DNA of 32,000 bases from Trichodesmium erythraeum IMS101. Lineage in GTDB: Bacteria > Cyanobacteriota > Cyanobacteriia > Cyanobacteriales > Microcoleaceae. The translations under genes were made by a program, and so were the position numbers. The stretch lies in the NCBI RefSeq assembly GCF_000014265.1, contig NC_008312.1, positions 210,001 to 242,000 of the forward strand. The letters are read 5' to 3'. This document shows positions 9,182-18,330 of the stretch, one piece after another. The first letter of the stretch is position 1; every line of letters starts with the position of its first letter. The notes below the pieces were generated by a model. That model did no database searches and was not told where the DNA came from. It saw only the letters and a program-made list of their open reading frames with translations.

Positions 9182-9649
9182 TTAACTAGCAGCAGCATCA
9201 GCTTCCCGAAGAGCCTTGAGAATTTCCGGGCGTTTCATTCGCGCATAACCACGTAATTTCCGCTCTTGGGCAATTTTCTTAAGTTGTCTGAGTGATTTGG
9301 TATCGTAGTCATCAACAGGAACTTCTGGTTCTACCTGAGATGCTGAGTTAGCTTTAGTCTTTCTAGTACTTGTTTTGGTGGTAGTCGCCTTAGACCTAGA
9401 GGTTGTCGAGGTTGGCTTGCTCTTGGTCGTTGTCTTAGGTGCTGTCTCAGTTTTAGCTTCTACTTCTACGGTAGAATCTAGTTCTGGTATTGCCTGCAAT
9501 TGACGTCGAACTGCTGAGACTTGAGTTTTTAAGTCATCTTCAAGATCTTTAATAGACTGGGAAAACTGATTAACTGTTTTTACCATCCCTTCAAGTTTTT
9601 TTTCTATTTGTTTGTCAAGATCATCAAGCTGTTTTGATAATAATTCCAT
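9182..9649 (-). CDS. Coiled-coil protein with C-terminal Rho_N/SAP-like domain
   Basis: The C-terminus (SLRQLKKIAQERKLRGYARMKRPEILKALREA) matches the Rho termination factor N-terminal (SAP-like) motif. There is a T/S/K-rich linker and an N-terminal coiled coil. I chose the start at the internal ATG 9649, which has GGAG 6 nt upstream; the track ORF extends to 9712. Confidence 0.7.
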   Translation of the reverse strand: MELLSKQLDDLDKQIEKKLEGMVKTVNQFSQSIKDLEDDLKTQVSAVRRQLQAIPELDSTVEVEAKTETAPKTTTKSKPTSTTSRSKATTTKTSTRKTKANSASQVEPEVPVDDYDTKSLRQLKKIAQERKLRGYARMKRPEILKALREADAAAS

Positions 9650-9741
9650 TTTCACTCCTGTAGAGCTAGATATTGTCTTTTTAGTTGTTGAATTTGTGGT
9701 TTTTCTTACCAATGTTTCTACCTTATTATAAACTTAATTTT

Positions 9742-10516
9742 CTAGGACATGTAATCATTTTTAAAATGCTCAATTTGAGCAATATCAATGCTTTGCTCCA
9801 GCAAAGATGTTAATTGATTTCTAATAACCTCCTCATTTTTATTAATTGATTGATCGATTTTTTTCTGGTGAGACAATCTACCTTTTGATCAAATGATACC
9901 TCAAGTTGTTGTAATAGATGATCAAAGTTGAGTGTTTCTACTAGCTTTTTTGCTTGAGTTAATTTCTCCATCTGTAGTCTAGCTATCTCCACTTGTTCAT
10001 CTTTCCTCTTATCAATTCAGGCCCATATTTTATTGGTTTCAACTTCTTTTACAACTTAACAGATATCAGCACCACGAATGATTTCGTATTGCTGTTCATA
10101 GTCGTAGTTATCTATTAGAGTTGTTGGGAATTAAGGATAAAAATGCCTAAAACCCTTATCAGTTGATCCTTAAGCCTGGATTCGACCTAAAATAATGAAA
10201 GTCTTATATAGTAAGCTTTTGAGCATTTTAAATTTTCCCACACCCAAATCTCTATTAATCTGACAAGTAGTGGTATCAAGCTACTATCTTGATCTATAAG
10301 ACTATTAAATAGAGCTTCATCTCTTTCTGGAGGAAGATATTTCTCCTGAGACTCTGGTAAAGTAATTTGGGATATAGAAATCAATTCCAATTCCAAATTT
10401 AATGGTTGTACCGATAACTCTTCTTGTCGATTTTTGCGCTCTCCTGAAACCATTCCCTTATAACTTTCCTTAATTCCTAAAATCAAATCAAATATAAGGT
10501 ATGATGCTGGTAACAT
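9742..10516 (-). pseudogene. ParB/Srx-like pseudogene (paralogue of 882-1856) interrupted by a MITE and carrying stops and a frameshift
   Basis: The upstream piece reads ISISQITLPESQEKYLPPERDEALFNSLIDQDSSLIPLLVR. MITE B then intervenes. The sequence resumes as DNYDYEQQYEIIRGADI, then an in-frame TAA and TGA, then a coiled-coil segment, then a frameshift before ...NEEVIRNQLTSLLEQSIDIAQIEHFKNDYMS-stop. Confidence 0.55.
10113..10258. mobile_element. MITE family B, copy 2, inserted in the ParB-like gene
   Basis: It matches 7588-7738 end to end. Deleting it (143 or 146 nt, depending on whether a TA duplication is counted) rejoins the two ParB-like reading frames in phase. Confidence 0.6.
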
Positions 10517-11199
10517 CTAGATAGAAGGAGATAAATTACATTAACCTTGTTAGTCCTTTTTGTAACTTTTGATAAATTTAGGATTTTTTACTTTTCCAGC
10601 TATTAGAAATATCCTAATTCAATCCCAGGTAAGACAAAAATAGGATTAGGTGGTCAGAGGGAGTGAACTGTCTAGTGCTGCCTAAGCGATCCTAACAGGT
10701 TTATGGTCAAATGTGTGGGAATTTTAATTCTCAGGCTAAAAGCTCATATATCACCAAGCCCAACAGTGTTTTTAGTTATTGATTTTTGCCATGTCTTTTG
10801 TGATTTTTTCTCTTACCCAGATTTAACTTTTATCAGGCTACTTTAGCATACTCTTTTTAACTACAGTTGACAAATAAATTATGATCTTAGTAGCAGTTGA
10901 CTGTATGCTATGAATTCAGTAAACACTTGTCAACATGTGTTAAGTTATTGCTCTAGTCCTAAAACTTGATTAGGTATAGCTAGGGAACAAGCCAAGAGAG
11001 GTCGCAATCATAAATTACTCTGAAAAAGATGGAGCTTACGGCATAAATTTTATGGCCATATTAGGTCGCGATCGCATAATTCTATTAAAGTGGCTGAAGT
11101 TATTTTGTAACTTTTTTGCACAAAATAGTCAAGGTTTACCTATTTGATTAATAATAGTATTAATTGGCTAATTTTTGCAAGTGGGGAGAAGATGATCGC

Positions 11200-12018
11200 A
11201 TGGATCTTAAACATCTAAAATTTATTTTAAAATTACTAGGCTACAAAAACTATCGAGTATCTATTAATAAAATTCAGCCAGAGCATGGAATGAAGGTTTC
11301 TGAGAGGGATGAAATCTGTTACCGCCTTTGCGATCAAGGTTTAGTAGAGTTTACAAGGGAGGTTACAAAAATTAATATATCAGCCCAGGGAAAATCATTT
11401 CTAGATAGTAAAAAAGATAGCAATTCACTAACCTCAGAAGAGTTAAAAGTACTCAAAGCAACTGCTCGGGGTGCTATTTCTCCGGGAGCAACTGGTATCA
11501 TGCCTAGCTATAGAGAAGCTGTCATTACAGATTTACTAGACCAGGATTTAATCAAAGTTGTTGCTCAAAAAATCAAAGAAGTTTGGCTAACAGAAAAAGG
11601 AAAGCAATTTTTGTGCCAAGAATATTCATCTCACAGTACGGCAAAAGAAATCTCATTGAAAATGTTAAGTGATTATCTCCAGTTAATGCGTACAAACTAC
11701 AATCAGGAAAAAAAACCGTTGTTTTCTGGAGATTCAAAAAAAAAACAAAAACCCAATGACGATCAAATTTTAGCAGAGATTTGGTCTTTAGACAATCGTC
11801 ATGGTACAGATAAGTACTTACCGATTTTTCATCTACGAGAAAAGCTACAACCCCGTTTATCCCGAGAAGAACTAGATCAGGCACTCTACCGTTTAGAAAG
11901 AAATCATCAAATAGAATTAAGTTCCCTACAGGAGGTAAGATCCTATACACCAGAGCAAATTGAAGCAGGTATCCCTCAAAACATTGGCGGATGTTTATTT
12001 TTTATCATTCTCGACTAA
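11200..12018 (+). CDS. Multi-winged-helix DNA-binding-like protein (hypothetical)
   Basis: 272 aa from ATG 11200; the track ORF starts at a TTG at 11164. There is an internal duplication of a recognition-helix plus wing motif (CDQGLVEFTREVTKINISAQGKSFL and LDQDLIKVVAQKIKEVWLTEKGKQFL), and a third winged-helix-like C-terminal segment (LDQALYRLERNHQIELSSLQE). Confidence 0.6.
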   Translation: MDLKHLKFILKLLGYKNYRVSINKIQPEHGMKVSERDEICYRLCDQGLVEFTREVTKINISAQGKSFLDSKKDSNSLTSEELKVLKATARGAISPGATGIMPSYREAVITDLLDQDLIKVVAQKIKEVWLTEKGKQFLCQEYSSHSTAKEISLKMLSDYLQLMRTNYNQEKKPLFSGDSKKKQKPNDDQILAEIWSLDNRHGTDKYLPIFHLREKLQPRLSREELDQALYRLERNHQIELSSLQEVRSYTPEQIEAGIPQNIGGCLFFIILD

Positions 12019-12065
12019 TACAAAATTACCAAAAAATCTTTACAGTTAAAAAAAAGAGCAGATAA

Positions 12066-12098
12066 GGACGTTCCATCGAACGTCCCTAAGTCTTAGGG
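12066..12098. repeat. Hairpin/palindrome repeat (ggacgttc-catc-gaacgtcc, then ccctaag-t-cttaggg)
   Basis: A perfect 8-bp stem with a 4-nt loop is followed by a 7-bp palindrome. It is related to the gtaggtagggacNttg hairpins at 14368-14400 and 17985-18018. Confidence 0.5.
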
Positions 12099-12269
12099 AA
12101 TAGGGAAAATCCTTGCTATCTATTTAATTTTTCTGTATGGCAAAATCCAGGTCTTCCCTAGAAATAAAAAAAAGTTAATCTAGCAGTATTTTTAGAAACT
12201 GGTATAAATCTTCTTATATCTGCTATCGTAATTCTCTAAGCATCCTTAAAAATACTAACAATTTATATT

Positions 12270-14264
12270 ATGGCATCTATAGATCAAATTATTCAAAGAG
12301 AACTTAATCCTTTCGATCCTGTAACTCTTTATACTATTAATTTTTGGCAAGAGCAACAAAATTCTAACCTGAATGTTGATTCTATCCATCAAAATATTAT
12401 CACTGATATAGAAACTGTACTAGAGCAAGTGGCTCAGGAACATCACCCCCGTACTTTGATACTTACAGGTGACTCTGGTTCTGGCAAAAGTTACCTTTTG
12501 GGGAGAATTAAAAAATTATTCAATACTAAAGCTTTTTTTGTCTATGTCGATCCTTGGCCTCATAGTGATTATATTTGGAGACATATTTTACGTCAAACTG
12601 TTGACTGCCTGATGAAAACTCCAGATGGTAAAACAGATTCTCAGCTATTACTATGCCTCAAAAGTCTATTAGCTTTCCCAAATAGTAATTTGGTCCAAAA
12701 AATTCTTGGTGAAAGAAGAGTATTCATTAGAAACCTTAAAGCAATTTACCCTTCTGGGATTTACAATCCTAATGATTTTTTCAGTGTCCTCTATCATCTA
12801 CTAGATCCCCAGTATAACGCTGTTGCCTGTGAATGGTTACGAGGGGATGATTTGGATGAAGACGATTTAAAATCTTTGGGCATTAAAAATAGTATAGATT
12901 CTGAATATTCTGCGCAAAAAATTATTACTAACTTGGGAATTATTTCCGCTGCATCTCAACCTATTGTTTTATGTTTTGATAATCTTGATAATATTCCTCG
13001 CTTGTTAAATGGAACCTTAGATTTACAAGCATTATTTAATGTTAATTCTAGTATTCATACTCACTATCCACAAAATTTTCTGATAATTATTAGTATTATT
13101 ACGAGTACCTGGAAACAAAATTCTAAATTCATTCAACCAGCAGATAAAGCCAGAGTTAATGCAGGATATTTCCATTTAAAACCAATTACTTTAGAACAGG
13201 GTGAAGCTATATTAGCAACTCGTTTAAATACTTTACATTCCCAGGCAACAACTAGGCCTAAATCAGCTACATTTCCTCTGTCAAAAGAAATATTAGAACA
13301 GCAGTTTCCCAGAGGAATAACTCTACCTCGGAATATACTAGAATTGGGACGTAAAGAATATGAGCAGTACAAATTAAAATTATTGAATCAGACACAGAAT
13401 AGTCAAGATTTAACACCAGAAACACAATTGGCGACTTTTAAGTTGATTTGGCAAGACCACTACAATAAGACTCAGAAAAAAATTAGCAAAATTACTGATT
13501 TAGCAGCACCTGAATTGATTCGGATGCTACAAGAAGTATTAAATTCTTTACAATGTCAGAAGGTAAAAACTAAATTATTAAGTGGGAAATATGCCAGCCA
13601 TTCTTTGAGTTATCAAAAACAAAACCAAGAGCAAATTATCGGTATAGTTTGGACAGAAGATCCAAATATGAATAGTTTTTACAATACAATGAAGGCTTGT
13701 CAGAAAGTAGTGAATAAAAAATTGTGTCAAACTTTATATTTACTGAGAACTTCTGAGGTAGGAAATTCTAAAAATCTTAGCAATAAAATATATAGAAAAA
13801 TTTTCCAAGGTAAGTCAAAAAATATTCATATTAAACCTAATTTAGAATCGGTGCATTTTTTAGCTACACATCATAGTTTGGTGAATGCTGTCCTCGCTAA
13901 TGAATTAGTTATTGAAGGTAAGATTATTAATTTGAAAAAGTTTGAAGAAATAATTGGTGAATCACAAATTTTCAATAACTGTAGCTTATTAAAATATTTT
14001 TCTGTAGTTGTTTCTGTAGGTACTCAAGAACAGGAAAATGATCTAGATTTAGATGAGGTCAAGGATTTTGTATTAAATTTAATTAGAAAACAAAGTTTGA
14101 TGGAACGCAACAGCATAATCGAAAATACACTAAATCAATTTGTCAAAATAGAAGGTTCAAAAATTGATATAATAATAACAGAGCTTGAGGGAGAAAATAA
14201 AATAAAAATTATTACTCCTACATTAGGATTAGATGAACAATTAGTTTGTTTTGTTCCTGGTTAA
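12270..14264 (+). CDS. P-loop AAA+ ATPase, ORC/Cdc6 / AAA_16 / STAND-like, with long C-terminal extension
   Basis: 664-aa ORF. It has Walker A GDSGSGKS (aa 67-74), a Walker B-like IVLCFDNLDN, a sensor/lid-like segment LKPITLEQGEAILATRL, about 330 further residues without a motif I recognise, and a terminal winged-helix-like segment (VKDFVLNLIRKQSLMERNSIIENTLNQFVKIEG). Confidence 0.8.
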   Translation: MASIDQIIQRELNPFDPVTLYTINFWQEQQNSNLNVDSIHQNIITDIETVLEQVAQEHHPRTLILTGDSGSGKSYLLGRIKKLFNTKAFFVYVDPWPHSDYIWRHILRQTVDCLMKTPDGKTDSQLLLCLKSLLAFPNSNLVQKILGERRVFIRNLKAIYPSGIYNPNDFFSVLYHLLDPQYNAVACEWLRGDDLDEDDLKSLGIKNSIDSEYSAQKIITNLGIISAASQPIVLCFDNLDNIPRLLNGTLDLQALFNVNSSIHTHYPQNFLIIISIITSTWKQNSKFIQPADKARVNAGYFHLKPITLEQGEAILATRLNTLHSQATTRPKSATFPLSKEILEQQFPRGITLPRNILELGRKEYEQYKLKLLNQTQNSQDLTPETQLATFKLIWQDHYNKTQKKISKITDLAAPELIRMLQEVLNSLQCQKVKTKLLSGKYASHSLSYQKQNQEQIIGIVWTEDPNMNSFYNTMKACQKVVNKKLCQTLYLLRTSEVGNSKNLSNKIYRKIFQGKSKNIHIKPNLESVHFLATHHSLVNAVLANELVIEGKIINLKKFEEIIGESQIFNNCSLLKYFSVVVSVGTQEQENDLDLDEVKDFVLNLIRKQSLMERNSIIENTLNQFVKIEGSKIDIIITELEGENKIKIITPTLGLDEQLVCFVPG

Positions 14265-14314
14265 TAAGGAATTTATAACTGATTATTAGAATGATTAACT
14301 ATTTTTAATATAAA

Positions 14315-14473
14315 CTATAGTAATTCTCATCTCTGAGTGAAGTGCAAAATTCTTTCGTTACGCGCAAGTAGGTAGGGACGTTGCATGCAATGTCTGTAGG
14401 TCATAGCAATTAGTGAAACAGGGAATAAAAAAGAAAAAACAACTGTACCTCAGTAGATTGAGAAATGTTATAG
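14315..14473. repeat. MITE family C (159 bp) with internal hairpin
   Basis: The TIRs are ctatagtaattctcatctctgag and ctcagtagattgagaaatgttatag. The core carries gtaggtagggacgttgcatgcaatgtctgtagg. Confidence 0.55.
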
Positions 14474-14550
14474 ATAAAACTGATAATTATTAAAAATTGT
14501 TAGTTACGTTAATTGCTTGAAAAAAACAGGAAAATTAAAATAGTCCGTCA

Positions 14551-15456
14551 ATGCCAATAAGTAATAAACCGCAATTACAATCTCCACCATTTAGTATTAA
14601 TAATGTTAAAGTTGCTTTTGATTGCCCGCGTTTGTTTTATTTGAAACATAGTTTTGGAGGTAATCATCCGTTTTTTCCCAAGAATTATATCCAGGAAATT
14701 GATAATGCTTTTCTTGACTTAGCTAATCAGTTAATGAATATGATTTGGCAAGAATCTAGAATTAAAGTTTTGTTTGCAGGACAATTTGAGGGGTTGGTGG
14801 TAGGGGCGATCGCTAATCAAATACAGCAATTATTTTATGGTTTGATTTTCTTTCCTTATTTACAAACAATAATTACAAAAGATGCTACTTTAACAACAGC
14901 ATTGTATCAAATTTGGCGGGTTTTAACTAAAATGATTTTTAATATATCTAAAATCATTGTTAAAAATCGGCGTTACTGTCATGAAAGTGTTGTGCTTCAT
15001 CGCACATTAATTATGGGAGAAACACTAGTAGATTATACTTTTAAAATACCAGATGGTAAGACTCAAAAGTTAACGGGAAAAGTTAATAATTTAATTTTTG
15101 ATTTTGAGTCTCGTCGCTTGTGTGTGGTTCATTTTCAAACTTATGAAACTGTGGAAGTATTGTCTCATTTAATAGGAGTTGCTCTCCATAGTTTTTTGCT
15201 TAAACAAAAGAAAAAAGTGCCTGTTGATGCTCTTGTTTATTGGGTTTTGCCTGAGTTGGGAGAGTATTATTATTCCTGGGAAAAGTTGGAGAACGTAGTG
15301 GAGAGTTTAGTTCCCAATAAGTTGGAAGAGATGCGGGAGTGGTTGAAATGGGAGGAGTTTCAACCTGGCTCACCTCCACCTACGGAGAAAGAGTATTTAT
15401 GTGATATTTGCCCTCAAAAGGAAAGGTGTCAGAGTTTTTTTGATGGGGGTGGGTAA
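14551..15456 (+). CDS. Cas4/AddB-type PD-(D/E)XK superfamily protein with 4-Cys Fe-S cluster signature
   Basis: 301-aa ORF. It has an N-terminal SINNVKVAFDCPRLFYL (Cys25 in the CPR motif) and a C-terminal CDICPQKERC (C284-x2-C287-x5-C293). This is the Cas4/DUF83 cysteine arrangement. Confidence 0.7.
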   Translation: MPISNKPQLQSPPFSINNVKVAFDCPRLFYLKHSFGGNHPFFPKNYIQEIDNAFLDLANQLMNMIWQESRIKVLFAGQFEGLVVGAIANQIQQLFYGLIFFPYLQTIITKDATLTTALYQIWRVLTKMIFNISKIIVKNRRYCHESVVLHRTLIMGETLVDYTFKIPDGKTQKLTGKVNNLIFDFESRRLCVVHFQTYETVEVLSHLIGVALHSFLLKQKKKVPVDALVYWVLPELGEYYYSWEKLENVVESLVPNKLEEMREWLKWEEFQPGSPPPTEKEYLCDICPQKERCQSFFDGGG

Positions 15457-16236
15457 AGGTGTTAACAAAGTCAGAACTTACAAATTCAGAAGTTGTTTTT
15501 GTAATGGAGATTTTGATTAACCCTCAAAAAACATTTTGCCTGGTAGTTTTAGATTCAATAATTTTGATAATTATTAGGTTACCACCGAACGAGTATGATT
15601 CGTTTGGCCTGACAAGCTCATATAAGTTAGGCCACTCCCAAATTGAGTATCACTAAGGGTAGTTATGCAGGCTAAATTCCTCCCCTGACCAGATTTAGAG
15701 TAACTTCCGTTGCTCAAGTACCCTTAGTAACAACTTGCTCTGAAGTTACATGAGCTATTAGTCGTCAAACTAGCAGGCTTGATCTGTTTATTGCAGGCCT
15801 TGGAAGTTAGATAAGGTCAATGGACAGTCAATCATGTATTACCGCTTGTTACACAAAATTGGTGAAATTAAGCCTGATAAAACAAACCCACAACGGGATG
15901 ACTCAGATGAGTGATAATGTCATTCAATGTTATCGCATCTACCTAGGGGCTAGGTGATACTAAGAGACGTATTGCAATAATAAACGATACATACATGGGA
16001 GTCGAAGCAGCCCCTTTAATACTTTCAGCTCTCGACTTTGCTCATCGGTGGTCATATGATAGTCCCACAGGGGGTGACTTCGTTCCCATAACTCATTTCT
16101 TGTGAGCTTTAGAGGTCCTAAGTCATCCTTTGATTTGCCCGCTAGCCCTTTAAGTGGTTGAAGACCTAAAGGGGCGTCATCTACACCATTTTGGTCACAG
16201 GAGATACAAGAACAATTAATGGAACTTACACAACTT

Positions 16237-17484
16237 TTAAGCCCAAATATAACCCAAACTCTCTCTGTGAGAGGCAAATACGTCACGGTTATTAGTCAAC
16301 CAATTAAAAAAACGGAAAGATATAGCTGTACGAAAAGCTTCCAAAGCATCAGTAAACGTCTTTAAAGGTTTATTTGCCCATCGCCTTTGTAATCCTCCAG
16401 TTAGTTGATGGCAAATGATAAAAGTATAAGCACAAAATACCAGGATAAAATGGCGTTCTAGACTCCATTTATCTCTTACTTGATATTCTCTTAACCATAA
16501 GCATCATGAGCACTTCTCAATAAAAAACCTCTATCCAATTTCTGGAGGGAGTAACTATTGACTATCCATTCAGATGTCACTTTTAATGGCTCAACATTGG
16601 TAATAAAATAATCAATTTATGTGGCATATTCTATAGAAATAGCATTCATAACGATAGCAAATTTTCTTTCTTTAAAAAGGCTTGAATTTGATGTTGTAAA
16701 TGTCGTTACCCAAACTTTTTTTGGTTTTTCTAAACTTAAGATAACTGGCTCAAATTTCTATGATGGCAAAATTTTAGCTAATTCTTATATTATAATTTAT
16801 ATTTCATCAAGGAATTTTAGTTTAACTATTATTTTTCGGTTTTTTGCGTTTTTCCTAAGTATTTTAATTCTCTTTCTTTGAGTTTGTTCAGGAGTGTTGT
16901 ATTCTTGCCATAACCACCATTAATTAAAACTATTCCGGGACTCATAACTCGGCTAATACTGCGGTCTATTAGCTCTATTCCTATATCTAGTTTTTTATCA
17001 AAGAATTCGTCATCTTTTCCTTTTGCTAAAGAACTTGAATGTTGATATAATTTAATATCTAAAGGGAAACTTTTTTTTCCATCATAATAATGAGTTGTTA
17101 CAGTTACTATGACCTTATCTGTTTTACCGATTTCTCCAATATATTATATTGTCGGCCTACGACCGATGTAAAATTCCCCTTTTTCGGTGTTCCGAATCAT
17201 CTAAAATTAAACTACATCCTTTCTTGAATTTAGTTTGAGAACGTTTGTTGATTATTTCTAGGCGACGTTGATTGATTTGAGTTGGCTCGATTATGAGAAT
17301 CTGCGATGAAATGATGTAGCCGATTATATACTACTCTAATAGAGTTATTGGCCATTTGGGGTATGTTTTTCCTTTTGCTTTCCCCTAGTAATCCAACCAG
17401 ATAGTGACGGAATCCTGTTTTTTGGGGTGGGTTTTTCCAACAATCATCAAACTGTTTACACTACCTTTCAAAGCAAGGGGGCAT
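16237..17484 (-). pseudogene. IS701-like (IS4 superfamily) DDE transposase, multiply frameshifted
   Basis: Minus-strand fragments read FRHYLVGLLGESKRKN, YNRLHHFIADS, GEIGKTDKVIVTVTTHYYDGKKSFPLDIKLYQ, NWIEVFY and EYQVRDKWSLERHFILVFCAYTFI, in the order expected for IS701-type transposases. They are spread over several frames with stops. The element ends are not resolved. Confidence 0.6.
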
Positions 17485-18330
17485 TGCAGTAGGGGTCGTT
17501 TATTTCATAGAAGAGCGATCGCGAAGCGGACTGGAAGTCTATCGCTTCAACGTAAAATTATTGTAGACTAAACATTATAGTCTAATTTGGCCAGTTAAGT
17601 TGTATAAGTCCCATTAATTAACCTGATAGTGGTTGATGTTTGCTTAGCATGACCTAGGAAACCTTTAACAAAATTCATCTTCTTCACTAATACTTACTTC
17701 TGTTGCAGCATCGTCCTCAGTCCTTAAGGCTTATCAGCTTTTACCCCATGCACCAAGAGTAATATTTGTTAATTCATTAAACCTGAGCTATTAAGTCACT
17801 CCCTAGCTGAGAGGGAAGGAATTAAACCTCCATGAGTCGCACTCAAACTAACAAAGCCAATATTTGGTATTTTGGGGGGTGAGAATGTGATGACGTCACG
17901 ATCTACTAATTTAATAAATGTTTGTTACACTTTACTTGGGTAGGGGAGCAGGGCACTTACCCCTGACCCCTTCTAGGAAGAGAAGTAGGTAGGGACATTG
18001 TATAAGAGCGTCCGTACCTCACCGAGTTAAAAGCCACTCAAAAGCATTGTTGGATAAGGGTTTAAAGAATATAAGTGAGGGTGAAGAATTGACTGATTTT
18101 GTGATACGGGATAATCATTCTTGTTGGTAGTGTGCTTCGCTCACCCACACCAACAATCTGCATTGATTTATTATTCAAGTATATGAATCTTAGAACATTT
18201 ATGTAAATCAATTAAAAAATTTGAGCGATCGTCGTCTTTTATCTTTTCTCTTCACCTCTCTCTGTTAATCTACAAATATAGTTTTGATACCCATGTTTTT
18301 TGATAAGTTTACCTGGAGAAAATGAAGTAG

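Noticed and set aside
10705-10830. Possible third, inverted copy of MITE B upstream of the ParB-like pseudogene.
   Set aside because: Only the gtgtgggaattttaattctcag.ctaaaagctcatata end aligns well. The rest is too diverged to delimit by eye, so I did not list it as a feature.
10864-10937. Three GTTGAC motifs lie upstream of the winged-helix gene: two direct copies of cagttgac exactly 30 bp apart and one inverted copy. I considered them as a possible operator array.
   Set aside because: TTGACA is simply the -35 consensus. I found no convincing -10 partner at proper spacing, and the sites are 265-335 bp from the start codon. The evidence is insufficient.
15459-15656. 65-aa ORF immediately after the Cas4-like gene, considered as a possible fourth gene of the module.
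   Set aside because: It has a GTG start with no RBS. The translation is Ile/Leu-rich with no motif, and the segment contains a hairpin (cgaacgagtatgattcgtttg). I do not support it as a gene, although conservation in orthologous loci would change that.
15960-16286. 108-aa minus-strand ORF.
   Set aside because: Its 5' part overlaps the C-terminal end of the IS701-like transposase reading (which stops near 16237) in another frame. The rest lies in what is probably the IS flank. No independent motif supports it.
16621-16881. These track ORFs lie inside IS wreckage: 16621-16881(+), 19112-19297(+), 23434-23616(-) and 27942-28130(+). 20115-20300(+) is an intergenic chance ORF.
   Set aside because: The first three are opposite-strand or off-frame reads through decayed transposase genes. 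27942-28130 runs into the duplicated sds-upstream repeat. 20115-20300 uses a TTG start in an intergenic repeat-rich stretch.
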